Positions 1-7,168 of a stretch of 10,664 bases of DNA are shown here, piece after piece. The stretch comes from Candidatus Poribacteria bacterium (GTDB lineage: Bacteria > Poribacteria > WGA-4E > UBA9662), in assembly GCA_046582655.1 (NCBI GenBank), contig JAYGDX010000172.1, forward strand, positions 1-10,664. The letters run 5' to 3'. Both the position numbers and the translations under genes were made by a program. The first letter of the stretch is position 1. Each line of letters begins with the position of its first letter. The notes beneath the pieces are model-generated. The model searched no databases. It was not told where the DNA came from and worked only from the letters and a program-made list of their open reading frames with translations.

Positions 1-701
1 TTTCTATTCGGACATTATTTCGTTGGCAGAAAAAACTAGAGCCAACTATGACCCGAAATCAGCCGGCGACAAAAATCAATGTGGATAGGCGGGAAAAAGA
101 TATTGAAAGGCACCCGGATGACTGTCAATGGCAACGAGGCCAACGCTTGGGCGTGACCCAGTCCGCTATCTACTATGCTTTGCAGCGTCTTGGGGTCAGC
201 TATAAAAAAAACGTTGCAACATCCAAAGACGAACCAACAGGCACGTCTCAACTTCCAACAAGAAATAAAGGCCTATCAACAGGCAGGCAACCCCATCGTT
301 TATCTGGATGAAAGCGGGTTTGCTCAGGATTGCCATGCTGGGAGGCGGGTGAATGTCATGGGTGCCTTAAGGGGCCTGACATTCTTAACCGTTGCCCTGT
401 TTGATGGCCATGTTAATTCTGATGTTTTTTATGCCTGGCTCATTCAGGAACTGTGACCCAAAACACCAGCAGGGACGGTGATTGTGATGGACAATGCCAG
501 CTTTCACCAGCGTCATGATATGTTGGAAGCGATCAGCGCCAATCAGTGTCAGGCAGAGTTTCTTCCACCTGACAGCCCCGACCTTAACCCCCTTGAACAC
601 AAACGGGCTCAAGCCACAGCCGTCAGAAGGCGATACCGGTGTGCTATTGATGAACTCTTTTCTGAGCATTCACAATATGTCGTTTTATAATGATTTAGCT
701 A
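1..701 (+). mobile_element. IS630-family insertion sequence, right-hand part (left end outside the window), degenerate
   Basis: Transposase motifs (next feature). The transposase stop (TAA 688-690) lies inside a putative right end GTCGTTTTATAATGATTTAGCTA, followed by TA (702-703), the dinucleotide IS630 elements duplicate. The left inverted repeat is not visible, so the end is inferred. Confidence 0.85.
3..690 (+). pseudogene. IS630-family DDE transposase, 5'-truncated by the window edge, inactivated
   Basis: Frame open from base 3 (SIRTLFRWQKKLEPT...LGVTQSAIYYALQRLGVSYKK, HTH-like). Frame change at an A8 run (204-211) into KKTLQHPK...IVYLDESGF. DDE residues in DESG (307-309), MDNASFH (490-492) and SPDLNPLE (595-597). 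In-frame TGA at 454-456, apparent in-frame deletion near 330, and motif decay (PPDSP for PPYSP, HKRAQ for HKWAQ). Confidence 0.9.
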
Positions 702-785
702 TATCACCAAATCCTGCATACTGGATTGATTCACAACTTGATGATGAGTAGTACTGACTTCTGCCATTGCTTTTCCCCCATAATG

Positions 786-2111
786 TTATGAAAACCTCTC
801 TTGTTGGTTTTTCTCCACCCACCATCTGTCTCGATGGCCCTCAGCCCACGCTTGAAGCTTCTGAGCTATTTCGGGATGTTGATCAATCACATTGGTTGTT
901 TCATAAGGATCATTTTCCATATCAAAAAGCGACAACTCAATGTTAGCCGTTTCATACTCACCAGGTTCGCCATCATTACCCGCTCTGACAAGCGTGCGAT
1001 AACTGTGCGGCAAATGCAATTTCCATTTGCCATCACCACTGACCACCCCATCAAAGTTGCGCCCGGTCGATACAGGATAATACTCATGTGGATTGGTCGC
1101 ATCGGGCTGACACGTGATAACGTCGTACACATCCACCCCATCGATCTTATAATCGGGCAACTCTGCACCCGCTAACTTCGCGAACGTCGGCAACAAATCC
1201 ACCGAGCAAAATTCCTGATCCGACCGCTGTCCTGCAGGAATGCCATTGGGATACTTGATCACACATGCCGAACGTGTTCCCCCATCAAAGCTCGTCCCCT
1301 TTGCTTCGCGATAGGGTGTATACCCTGCGTGATTGCCATACGATACCCAGGGACCATTGTCTGACGTAAACACAAAAACCGTATCATCTGCCACGCCTTT
1401 GCGCTCTAACGCATCCATAATCCGCCCCACTGACCAATCGATCTCCATCATCACATCGGCGTACAATCCTTCACCTGACTTACCTTCAAACTTATCGCTG
1501 AAAAAGAGGGGCACATGCGGCATATTGTGCGGTACATACAGGAAAAATGGATTGTCAGCATTTCGCTCAATAAAATCAACCGCGTGCTCGGCATACCATG
1601 TCGTCAAATTTCGCTGTTGCTCTGGTGTTACATCGTCAATCTCGATCTCGTCATTCTTCCAGAACTGCAATTCAAATTTGTCAAAATTTCGACTCTGAGG
1701 ATGGTGCTTCCACATATCGTTGGAATACATCAACCCCGAAGATTCATCAAAACCTTTTGCAGGCGGACGTGTTTCTTCATGGTCGCCAATATGCCATTTG
1801 CCAAACATACCTGTTGTATAACCCGCAGGCTTCAAAACCTGGGCAATCGTCAAAAAGCTCGAGTCTAATCCACGTGCTCTCGGAGGAATTGCGCCATAAA
1901 CTTTGTGCCGACTAGGATAACATCCTGTCAACAACGACGCACGAGAAGCCGAGCAAATGGCCTGTGGCACATAAAACTGATGGTAACAACACCCACTTTC
2001 TGCTAACCTTTCCACATTGGGTGTTGGATATTTTGTTTCCCAAAATGGACGGAAATCCGCCCATCCCGAATCATCTAAAAACATCACAACAAAATTTGGC
2101 TTTCGACTCAA
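786..2111 (-). CDS. Arylsulfatase A-like (S1, formylglycine-dependent) sulfatase, Cys-type, no obvious signal peptide
   Basis: 441 aa. KPNFVVMFLDDSGW, signature CSASRASLLTG, GYTTGMFGKWHIG, MPHVP, FTSDNGP, LFDMENDPYE. TTG start with AGGAGG about 8 nt upstream. Confidence 0.96.
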   Translation of the reverse strand: MSRKPNFVVMFLDDSGWADFRPFWETKYPTPNVERLAESGCCYHQFYVPQAICSASRASLLTGCYPSRHKVYGAIPPRARGLDSSFLTIAQVLKPAGYTTGMFGKWHIGDHEETRPPAKGFDESSGLMYSNDMWKHHPQSRNFDKFELQFWKNDEIEIDDVTPEQQRNLTTWYAEHAVDFIERNADNPFFLYVPHNMPHVPLFFSDKFEGKSGEGLYADVMMEIDWSVGRIMDALERKGVADDTVFVFTSDNGPWVSYGNHAGYTPYREAKGTSFDGGTRSACVIKYPNGIPAGQRSDQEFCSVDLLPTFAKLAGAELPDYKIDGVDVYDVITCQPDATNPHEYYPVSTGRNFDGVVSGDGKWKLHLPHSYRTLVRAGNDGEPGEYETANIELSLFDMENDPYETTNVIDQHPEIAQKLQAWAEGHRDRWWVEKNQQERFS

Positions 2112-2228
2112 AACAAGCTCCTCCTGTTTGCATCCCCCTTGGTCCCCCTTTTGAAAACGGGAAGATTAAGCGAGGACAGATTTTTTGATTCAAGCTATTT
2201 TTTACGCACAGGCAGGATCATCGACCCG

Positions 2229-2383
2229 CTACTGGTTAAACGGTCGGTTTTCTTCCTGAGCCAGTCGATCTATGGCATCACGCCACATCTTTTTCCACAC
2301 TTCTGGATCGTACAACTCCGTCTCAGGATTTGATGGACTCAGCACAACAAAACCAAACACAGTAATCTACATAACACTTTCAT
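2229..2383 (-). pseudogene. Gene stub: signal-peptide-like N-terminus joined out of frame to a C-terminal tail
   Basis: AAGAGGG RBS then ATG(2383) MKVLCRLLCLVLLC*; overlapping second frame VLSPSNPETELYDPEVWKKMWRDAIDRLAQEENRPFNQ* (TAG 2229-2231). Confidence 0.4.
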
Positions 2384-2434
2384 ATGATTCCCTCTTTATA
2401 TAAACCCATAGCACTCAACTAGCGGGATGGTCAG

Positions 2435-2453
2435 ACTGATGATAATCACTATT
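2435..2453. promoter_or_regulatory. Fur-box-like operator
   Basis: ACTGATGATAATCACTATT matches the E. coli Fur consensus GATAATGATAATCATTATC at 14/19 by manual alignment; it lies 52-70 bp upstream of the ATG at 2383. Confidence 0.3.
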
Positions 2454-2460
2454 ACTCTTC

Positions 2461-2492
2461 TTAGGGGGGTGGTACCCCCTAACTCTTTTTTT
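2461..2492 (+). terminator. Intrinsic-terminator-like hairpin, U-tract on the + strand
   Basis: TTAGGGGG (2461-2468), 6-nt loop, CCCCCTAA (2475-2482), then CTC and T7 (2486-2492). About 60 bp past the 3' end of the - strand peptidase gene. Confidence 0.45.
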
Positions 2493-2544
2493 ACTCTGGT
2501 GGAACCAACCAAACAGATATCATCAATTACCCTAGAATGCTGAG

Positions 2545-3375
2545 TCACCTCTCTACCACTCTACGTTCCGCCATGTCATACCGATCTCCTGCTCTTAAAA
2601 AGTAAAACAAGTTCTTGTACTGCGGTAACACTTTCATCGACCATCCCTCCCGAGACCAAAACCCGCCATCATACACCAACACATAACTCTCTCCTATCAC
2701 CTCGAATTGATCTCCTGTTACCACTACCCCCGTCATTTCATCGATGCTCAGCCCCAGTAATTCCGGTCGTCCTTTCAAAATCTGAAACATATCGAAGTGC
2801 CGGTTCCGTGCTAACGTATGCTGATCGATAGTCACATTTTTTAGGAATCCGAACCCTTGTTGATGATCTCCCACCATAATCTGATTATGACGAGTATCCC
2901 CTCGGGCCAAAAATGAACCTTGTATCGTAGCACCAGCTGAGGAACCACCAATCACACCGCCCCGTTCTAATACCTGCCATAACATCTGTTCTGTTTTAGT
3001 GCCCTGATAGGCGTCGACCAATCGCCACTGTCTTCCACCTTCAAAGAATACGCCTTTAGCTTTGACCAGAGGTTGGATGAAATCTTGGCTATCGGCCACT
3101 TCTGGATTAACGGTGTGTAATACCTCTACTTGGGTTGCACCGAGTTGACGCAACAGTTGAGCTATTGGCGTTTGCTGACCATATTCGGCAGCTCCACCTG
3201 CAGTTGGAATAACCACAATTGGAGACTCGGCCCCTCCAGCTAAGGCGATAAATTGTTGTACCATACTGGGGGTAACACCACCACCGACCAGTAGCAAACT
3301 GCCATTGGCGGGTCCCACCTGTATCGCCTGTTGATAAGCCATTAAGCAGCAGACCAATAAAGTTAATCCGTTCAT
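2545..3375 (-). CDS. Cyanophycinase-like peptidase (family S51), probably secreted
   Basis: 276 aa. GSLLLVGGG, IVVIPTA, FFEGGRQWRL, nucleophile elbow GGSSAGA, IDQH (His), IDEMT (Glu). Short hydrophobic N-terminus (MNGLTLLVCCLMA). Confidence 0.9.
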   Translation of the reverse strand: MNGLTLLVCCLMAYQQAIQVGPANGSLLLVGGGVTPSMVQQFIALAGGAESPIVVIPTAGGAAEYGQQTPIAQLLRQLGATQVEVLHTVNPEVADSQDFIQPLVKAKGVFFEGGRQWRLVDAYQGTKTEQMLWQVLERGGVIGGSSAGATIQGSFLARGDTRHNQIMVGDHQQGFGFLKNVTIDQHTLARNRHFDMFQILKGRPELLGLSIDEMTGVVVTGDQFEVIGESYVLVYDGGFWSREGWSMKVLPQYKNLFYFLRAGDRYDMAERRVVER

Positions 3376-3555
3376 CTAATCCCTTGGTTTGATGTCACTT
3401 TGCCAAAGTAACGTTAGGATGGAACCAGCCACCTGAGCTGGCAACTGCGTTGCAACCCGCACGCTGTGTTTTGACACTTGATTTGTTAGTGCTGTGACGG
3501 AAAAGACGGATAGACGACAAAAGCAACATAGCCCCAAAACCGCTCACCGTCTCAT
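3376..3555 (-). pseudogene. Gene stub with signal-peptide-like start and nonsense codon at position 4, abutting the peptidase start
   Basis: AGGTGG RBS, then MRR*AVLGLCCFCRLSVFSVTALTNQVSKHSVRVATQLPAQVAGSILTLLWQSDIKPRD*. TGA at 3544-3546; the final TAG (3376-3378) directly precedes the peptidase ATG. Confidence 0.4.
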
Positions 3556-3640
3556 GTTAACCACCTACTTCTTCTATCATAGCAAAAGTCTCCATGCATG
3601 TCCACACCTGATGGCGGCTTTTTAGAATGGTCTTCAACTG

Positions 3641-3652
3641 ATCATTAATGAT
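3641..3652. promoter_or_regulatory. Perfect 12-bp palindrome, possible operator in a divergent intergenic region
   Basis: ATCATTAATGAT lies between the - strand start at 3555 and the + strand RBS/ATG at 3684-3695. Confidence 0.3.
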
Positions 3653-3692
3653 TATATTAAGGTGTCCGACCAGAGAGAGGTTGGGAGGTTTA

Positions 3693-3824
3693 ATGTCAGT
3701 TTTTCGGTGTGTTAGGAGAAAAAAGAAACTGGTTGGGAGAAAAGACAAAGGGTACCAACTAAGGGCAGTTGATACCCGCCTGATTACCCCGTACACGAGT
3801 TATCTTTTGCGCGGGTATCAATAA
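3693..3824 (+). CDS. Possible small basic protein (43 aa) or 5' remnant of an interrupted gene
   Basis: GGAGG (3684-3688) then ATG: MSVFRCVRRKKKLVGRKDKGYQLRAVDTRLITPYTSYLLRGYQ*. Followed by hairpin TAGTTGA-N8-TCAACTA (3830-3851). Not listed in the ORF track; no family recognised. Confidence 0.25.
   Translation: MSVFRCVRRKKKLVGRKDKGYQLRAVDTRLITPYTSYLLRGYQ
3769..3821. repeat. 53-bp imperfect palindrome (MITE-like or recombination-site-like)
   Basis: Perfect 11-bp outer arms TTGATACCCGC (3769-3779) / GCGGGTATCAA (3811-3821); imperfect inner arms GATTACCCCGT / ACGAGTTATC. Confidence 0.7.
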
Positions 3825-3951
3825 TCGCGTAGTTGATTTGTGATTCAACTAGATTCCTGCCCATTTAGCATCCTCTTCATCTGCCATTTGACCTTGCAGG
3901 ATACAGATTTCACTCTGTTTAGTCACAAATCCAAACTACTACCTTTGCACT

Positions 3952-4379
3952 CTATTGGCCCAAAAGTTTGGCCGCCTGGGCGCGGCCTTTTTCAACTGCT
4001 GATCGATCCACCCTGAGTTGCAATGATTGACTAATGAACTGGGTGCTAGCCCAATCTGTTTTCAGTAGGTCTCCTGCGGTGGAACCGTTGCTGGCCCGAG
4101 CCTTAATATCAACCCCGTTCTCAATCAGAAGTTGAGCTGACTTAGACCTCCCTAAGAAGGAAGCACCATGCAGAGCCGTTCCACCGCCGTCATTTCTGGC
4201 GTTGACGTCCGCTCCTTGTTGAAGCAAGAACTTAACCATTTTAGATTGTCTTGCTCCTGCAGCTCAGCTATTGAAAGCGGTGTGAGGCCAAAGAAGACCG
4301 AGTCTTTAGCATTGATATCTATGCCCAGGCTCAAGTGTTGTCTAGCCATCTCAATCTGGAAAGCGGCAGCTGCGGTCAT
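3952..4379 (-). pseudogene. Ankyrin-repeat protein, 5'-truncated and frameshifted
   Basis: TAAAAFQIEMARQHLSLGIDINAKDSVFFGLTPLSIA... in one frame continues as MVKFLLQQGADVNARNDGGGTALHGASFLGRSKSAQLLIENGVDIKAR in another. One extra base near 4240 would join them. The fragment starts mid-repeat with no RBS. Confidence 0.85.
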
Positions 4380-4518
4380 TGACTTTGACCTTTCTGATTA
4401 ACGTGTGCAGGGCTGTCTTTCTAACATCGAAATCCTGATCCAAGGCTTCATTTAGTTGTTGACGGAAGGGATTCAAATCTCTTTGGTTGGGTACGATTTT
4501 AGTGCCAACGCTCAGTCT
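4351..4518 (-). pseudogene. Fragment resembling the C-terminal coiled-coil/tail of a large serine recombinase
   Basis: Open frame with no ATG start: RLSVGTKIVPNQRDLNPFRQQLNEALDQDFDVRKTALHTLIRKVKVN; resembles the recalled '...l.....e.kr.ll..lI.kI.v' tail. Short match, judged by eye only. Confidence 0.3.
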
Positions 4519-4579
4519 CTAATCAAGCCATTAGCGCATTCATCTTCGACCTCGTTGACGGCCTAGGCGTAAGTTGCGG

Positions 4580-6022
4580 TTATACCAGCTCCTCAAGGGC
4601 GAAATTGGATACCCACGCGTTCCAGTGGTGCCCCAGATTATTCGTCTTCAACAAAAATTCGTTCCGACCCCTTTTGAGCTTTAGAGGAACGCGGACCGTC
4701 TCAAAACGACCTTCGCTCTGCCACGTTTCCCTTTTCTTCCCATTGACCCAAAGGCTCAGCCAATCGTCAAAAGACAAGCGTAGTATCACCTCTTTATCGC
4801 GGTCGCTGTCCAATGTGCTGCTAGCGTACATCGAACGGCCAGTGAAATGGCCAGCGTTCAGCTCCGGATCAATCTCGGAGAACCTGAAGTCGAGCCAGCC
4901 GCGATTTGCGGGAATCGTTCGGATGAAGCGTTCATTCACAGGGAAGTGGGAGATCCACTGGTCTAGAGGGATGGTCTCTACATCTTCCGACGCGTTGAAT
5001 GCATCCCAGCCATCTCCGTTTTCGTAGAAGCCAGTGACCAGCCAATGGTCCGGGGTCAGTACTGGTGCCGCTTTGGTGCCGGGAATTTTGTAATAATAGG
5101 CTACGGTTTCAATATCGTCGTCGCGCGAACCACAGCGAAAGGAGATCGACGAGTCGAAGGCAATCGGGTCTGGCCCGAAGAAACGGTAGATTACACCGTC
5201 CTGATCGAGACGCCCTCCCCACTTATGATACGGAGACCCGATCCAGCGTGCATTCTTTACATGGAACCCCCAGGAAAAACCGAAGTCGTCCTCCATATTC
5301 GTGCCACGGATTACGTGGGGGTCATTCTCCCCGTCGATCAGGATCGACATACCCCCAGTGTGATAGATCATATCGGTGTAATTGCGCTGCTTAGAACCGA
5401 GGACGATACCAGCCATAAAGCCGGTCCCATCAACCTCGGCCATCTGGAAGGCACTGTTACGGGGTGGCGCCGGCTTGTATCGGTGATGCTCAGCGTGGAA
5501 ACGGAAGGGCGTCAGCAGAGCATCATCCTTATACTCGTGCCAGTCGATCATCGTGCAAACACTACCGTGTAAACCCGTAACCCGCCCGTCGGGCGGCTGA
5601 TCCACGTAGAGCCGGATCCGGCAAGATTGGTTGAAGGGGATGGGCAACCAGAGGTTGTAGCCCGGATTGCCGGGCATCTGAGGCGTCTCGTAGTTAGGTA
5701 GGACCGTGAAGGCCGCATTGTCGACAAAGTAGGGAGTCCAATCGTGCATGATGCCGAAGAAGGACTTGAGCGGCATGTCCACCTGGGGTGTTTCCGCTCC
5801 ATCGACGGTGATCTCGATCCGCCGCCCTTCCGCAAAGAGGAACCAGATGTGGCGCACACACCCACACCCTTTGACATCGAAGATATCGACGTGATGGGCC
5901 TCCGGCGTCGTCTTTGGAACGGTGGCCGTGTTGGTGCGACGCGATTTGAACTTGATCGGGAGTTGGATCATCGGAACCGCGGGGTCCTGCATCGTCTGGT
6001 TTTTGAAATAATCAGAGGTCAT
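4580..6022 (-). CDS. DUF2961 (glycoside hydrolase family 172-like) protein with an extra C-terminal beta-sandwich domain
   Basis: 480 aa. DVKGCGCVRHIW, ITVDGAETPQVDMPLKSFFG, YNLWLPIPFNQSCRI, DGTGFMAG, IDGE...IRGTNMEDDFGFSWGF, YRFFGPDPIAF. C-terminal SFDDWLSLWVNGK...LKRGRNEFLLK is typical of PA14-like/galactose-binding-like domains. AAGGA RBS at 6031-6035. Confidence 0.82.
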   Translation of the reverse strand: MTSDYFKNQTMQDPAVPMIQLPIKFKSRRTNTATVPKTTPEAHHVDIFDVKGCGCVRHIWFLFAEGRRIEITVDGAETPQVDMPLKSFFGIMHDWTPYFVDNAAFTVLPNYETPQMPGNPGYNLWLPIPFNQSCRIRLYVDQPPDGRVTGLHGSVCTMIDWHEYKDDALLTPFRFHAEHHRYKPAPPRNSAFQMAEVDGTGFMAGIVLGSKQRNYTDMIYHTGGMSILIDGENDPHVIRGTNMEDDFGFSWGFHVKNARWIGSPYHKWGGRLDQDGVIYRFFGPDPIAFDSSISFRCGSRDDDIETVAYYYKIPGTKAAPVLTPDHWLVTGFYENGDGWDAFNASEDVETIPLDQWISHFPVNERFIRTIPANRGWLDFRFSEIDPELNAGHFTGRSMYASSTLDSDRDKEVILRLSFDDWLSLWVNGKKRETWQSEGRFETVRVPLKLKRGRNEFLLKTNNLGHHWNAWVSNFALEELV

Positions 6023-6063
6023 ACGTTAGTTCCTTGCTTTGTTATTTAGAGTGAAACTACCGT

Positions 6064-6086
6064 GCGGCGTTGCAATTTTGCGCCGC
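6064..6086. other. Intercistronic GC hairpin directly after the amidohydrolase stop
   Basis: GCGGCG-N11-CGCCGC with no U-tract; possible mRNA-stabilising or pause structure. Confidence 0.3.
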
Positions 6087-7118
6087 CTAGTCCGATAGCC
6101 CGGACAACCGGTAAGTACGTGCAGCGGTGCCGCTGAAGATGTCCGCCTTCTCGGCTTCACTCAACCCGGCTTTGGCAGCGATCCGTTTGAACGCATTCCA
6201 CAGTGTTCGGTAAGACACGCATTCCTTGTCGACTGGGAAGTTGCTCTCGAACATGCATCGGTCGGGGCCAAACTTCTCGATGGCGTACACGTAGTACGGG
6301 TAGAGCAACTCGCATAGCTCTTCCGAACCAATGGGAGCAGGACGTTTGTGCATGTGAAACAGTGGCTCCCAAGGGCCGACGCGTTGTTGCGCACCGCCGA
6401 CTTTCATCACCGTATTTGGGCATGTGGCAATAGCATCAATGGCGCGTTGCCAGCTGGCGGCGGTGCCTGCATCGGCATCCGGATCGATCTTGCCACCGAG
6501 GTGATTGACGATGATCGTGATGTTGGGAAATCGGCTCGCGAGCTTGGCGAGGGTTGGCAAGCGCTCGAAATCGGGCGAGTAGTTATCGAAACTCAGCTCG
6601 TGCTTGGCGAGCATTGCGAAGCCGTCGAGGAATTCTTGGTTCAAGTCGCTTGGGAACGCACTTCGTATGCCACGAAAATAGGGCGATGCGGCCATATGCC
6701 CTTGCAATACTTCCTCGACGGCATTGCCGTGTCGGAGGTCTGCGGTACCGAAGATGCCGGTGCAAAGCCGAGTTGGACCGTAGATCCCAGATCGGCTCAT
6801 TGCGGCAATGCCATGAACAAATTCGGTTTCGCCTACGCAACGCATCGGTCCGGGCCCATCAGCGCGGTAGAAGGCACCACACTGGGCGAAAACGGTCTGC
6901 ACAACATTGTGGCCAGCGCTTGCGATATCATTACTAATGTCTTCACATAGATAGACTTTTTGCTCGAAGCTCGCATGAGGCTCGGTCTCGAACGTGCGTA
7001 GATCCCAAAGATGGTGGTGCGGGTCGACGATCGTGAGGTCAGGCTCGAACACGGGCTCGGGGGGTTCCTGTTGTTGCCACGTTTCTATGGTGTTGTTTTC
7101 TGTGCTTGTCGTCGGCAT
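6087..7118 (-). CDS. Amidohydrolase family 2 protein (COG3618-like, sugar-lactonase-related subgroup)
   Basis: 343 aa. IVDPHHHLWD (HxH), VGETEFV, FRGIR, IIVNHLGG, MKVGG, FGPDRCMFESNFPVDK, IFSGTAARTYRL. AGGAGG RBS at 7124-7129. Confidence 0.92.
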   Translation of the reverse strand: MPTTSTENNTIETWQQQEPPEPVFEPDLTIVDPHHHLWDLRTFETEPHASFEQKVYLCEDISNDIASAGHNVVQTVFAQCGAFYRADGPGPMRCVGETEFVHGIAAMSRSGIYGPTRLCTGIFGTADLRHGNAVEEVLQGHMAASPYFRGIRSAFPSDLNQEFLDGFAMLAKHELSFDNYSPDFERLPTLAKLASRFPNITIIVNHLGGKIDPDADAGTAASWQRAIDAIATCPNTVMKVGGAQQRVGPWEPLFHMHKRPAPIGSEELCELLYPYYVYAIEKFGPDRCMFESNFPVDKECVSYRTLWNAFKRIAAKAGLSEAEKADIFSGTAARTYRLSGLSD

Positions 7119-7168
7119 CGAATCCTCCTAGTGGTTGTCCTCGGCGACGTCCCCAATGGTAGCGCCAA

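Noticed and set aside
801..2188. Alternative ORFs overlapping the sulfatase
   Set aside because: Shadow frames of a well-supported gene with no recognisable motifs.
2192..2208. Third copy of the 26-bp repeat (AAGCTATTTTTTACGCA)
   Set aside because: Similarity is limited to a short T-rich core and breaks down after 17 bp; could be chance.
2336..2546. 9-bp inverted repeat GACTCAGCA / TGCTGAGTC as an invertible segment
   Set aside because: A 9-bp match is plausible by chance at this scale and no invertase is present.
3781..3811. dif/Xer site
   Set aside because: Does not match the XerD arm TTATGTTAAAT or the 11-6-11 layout convincingly.
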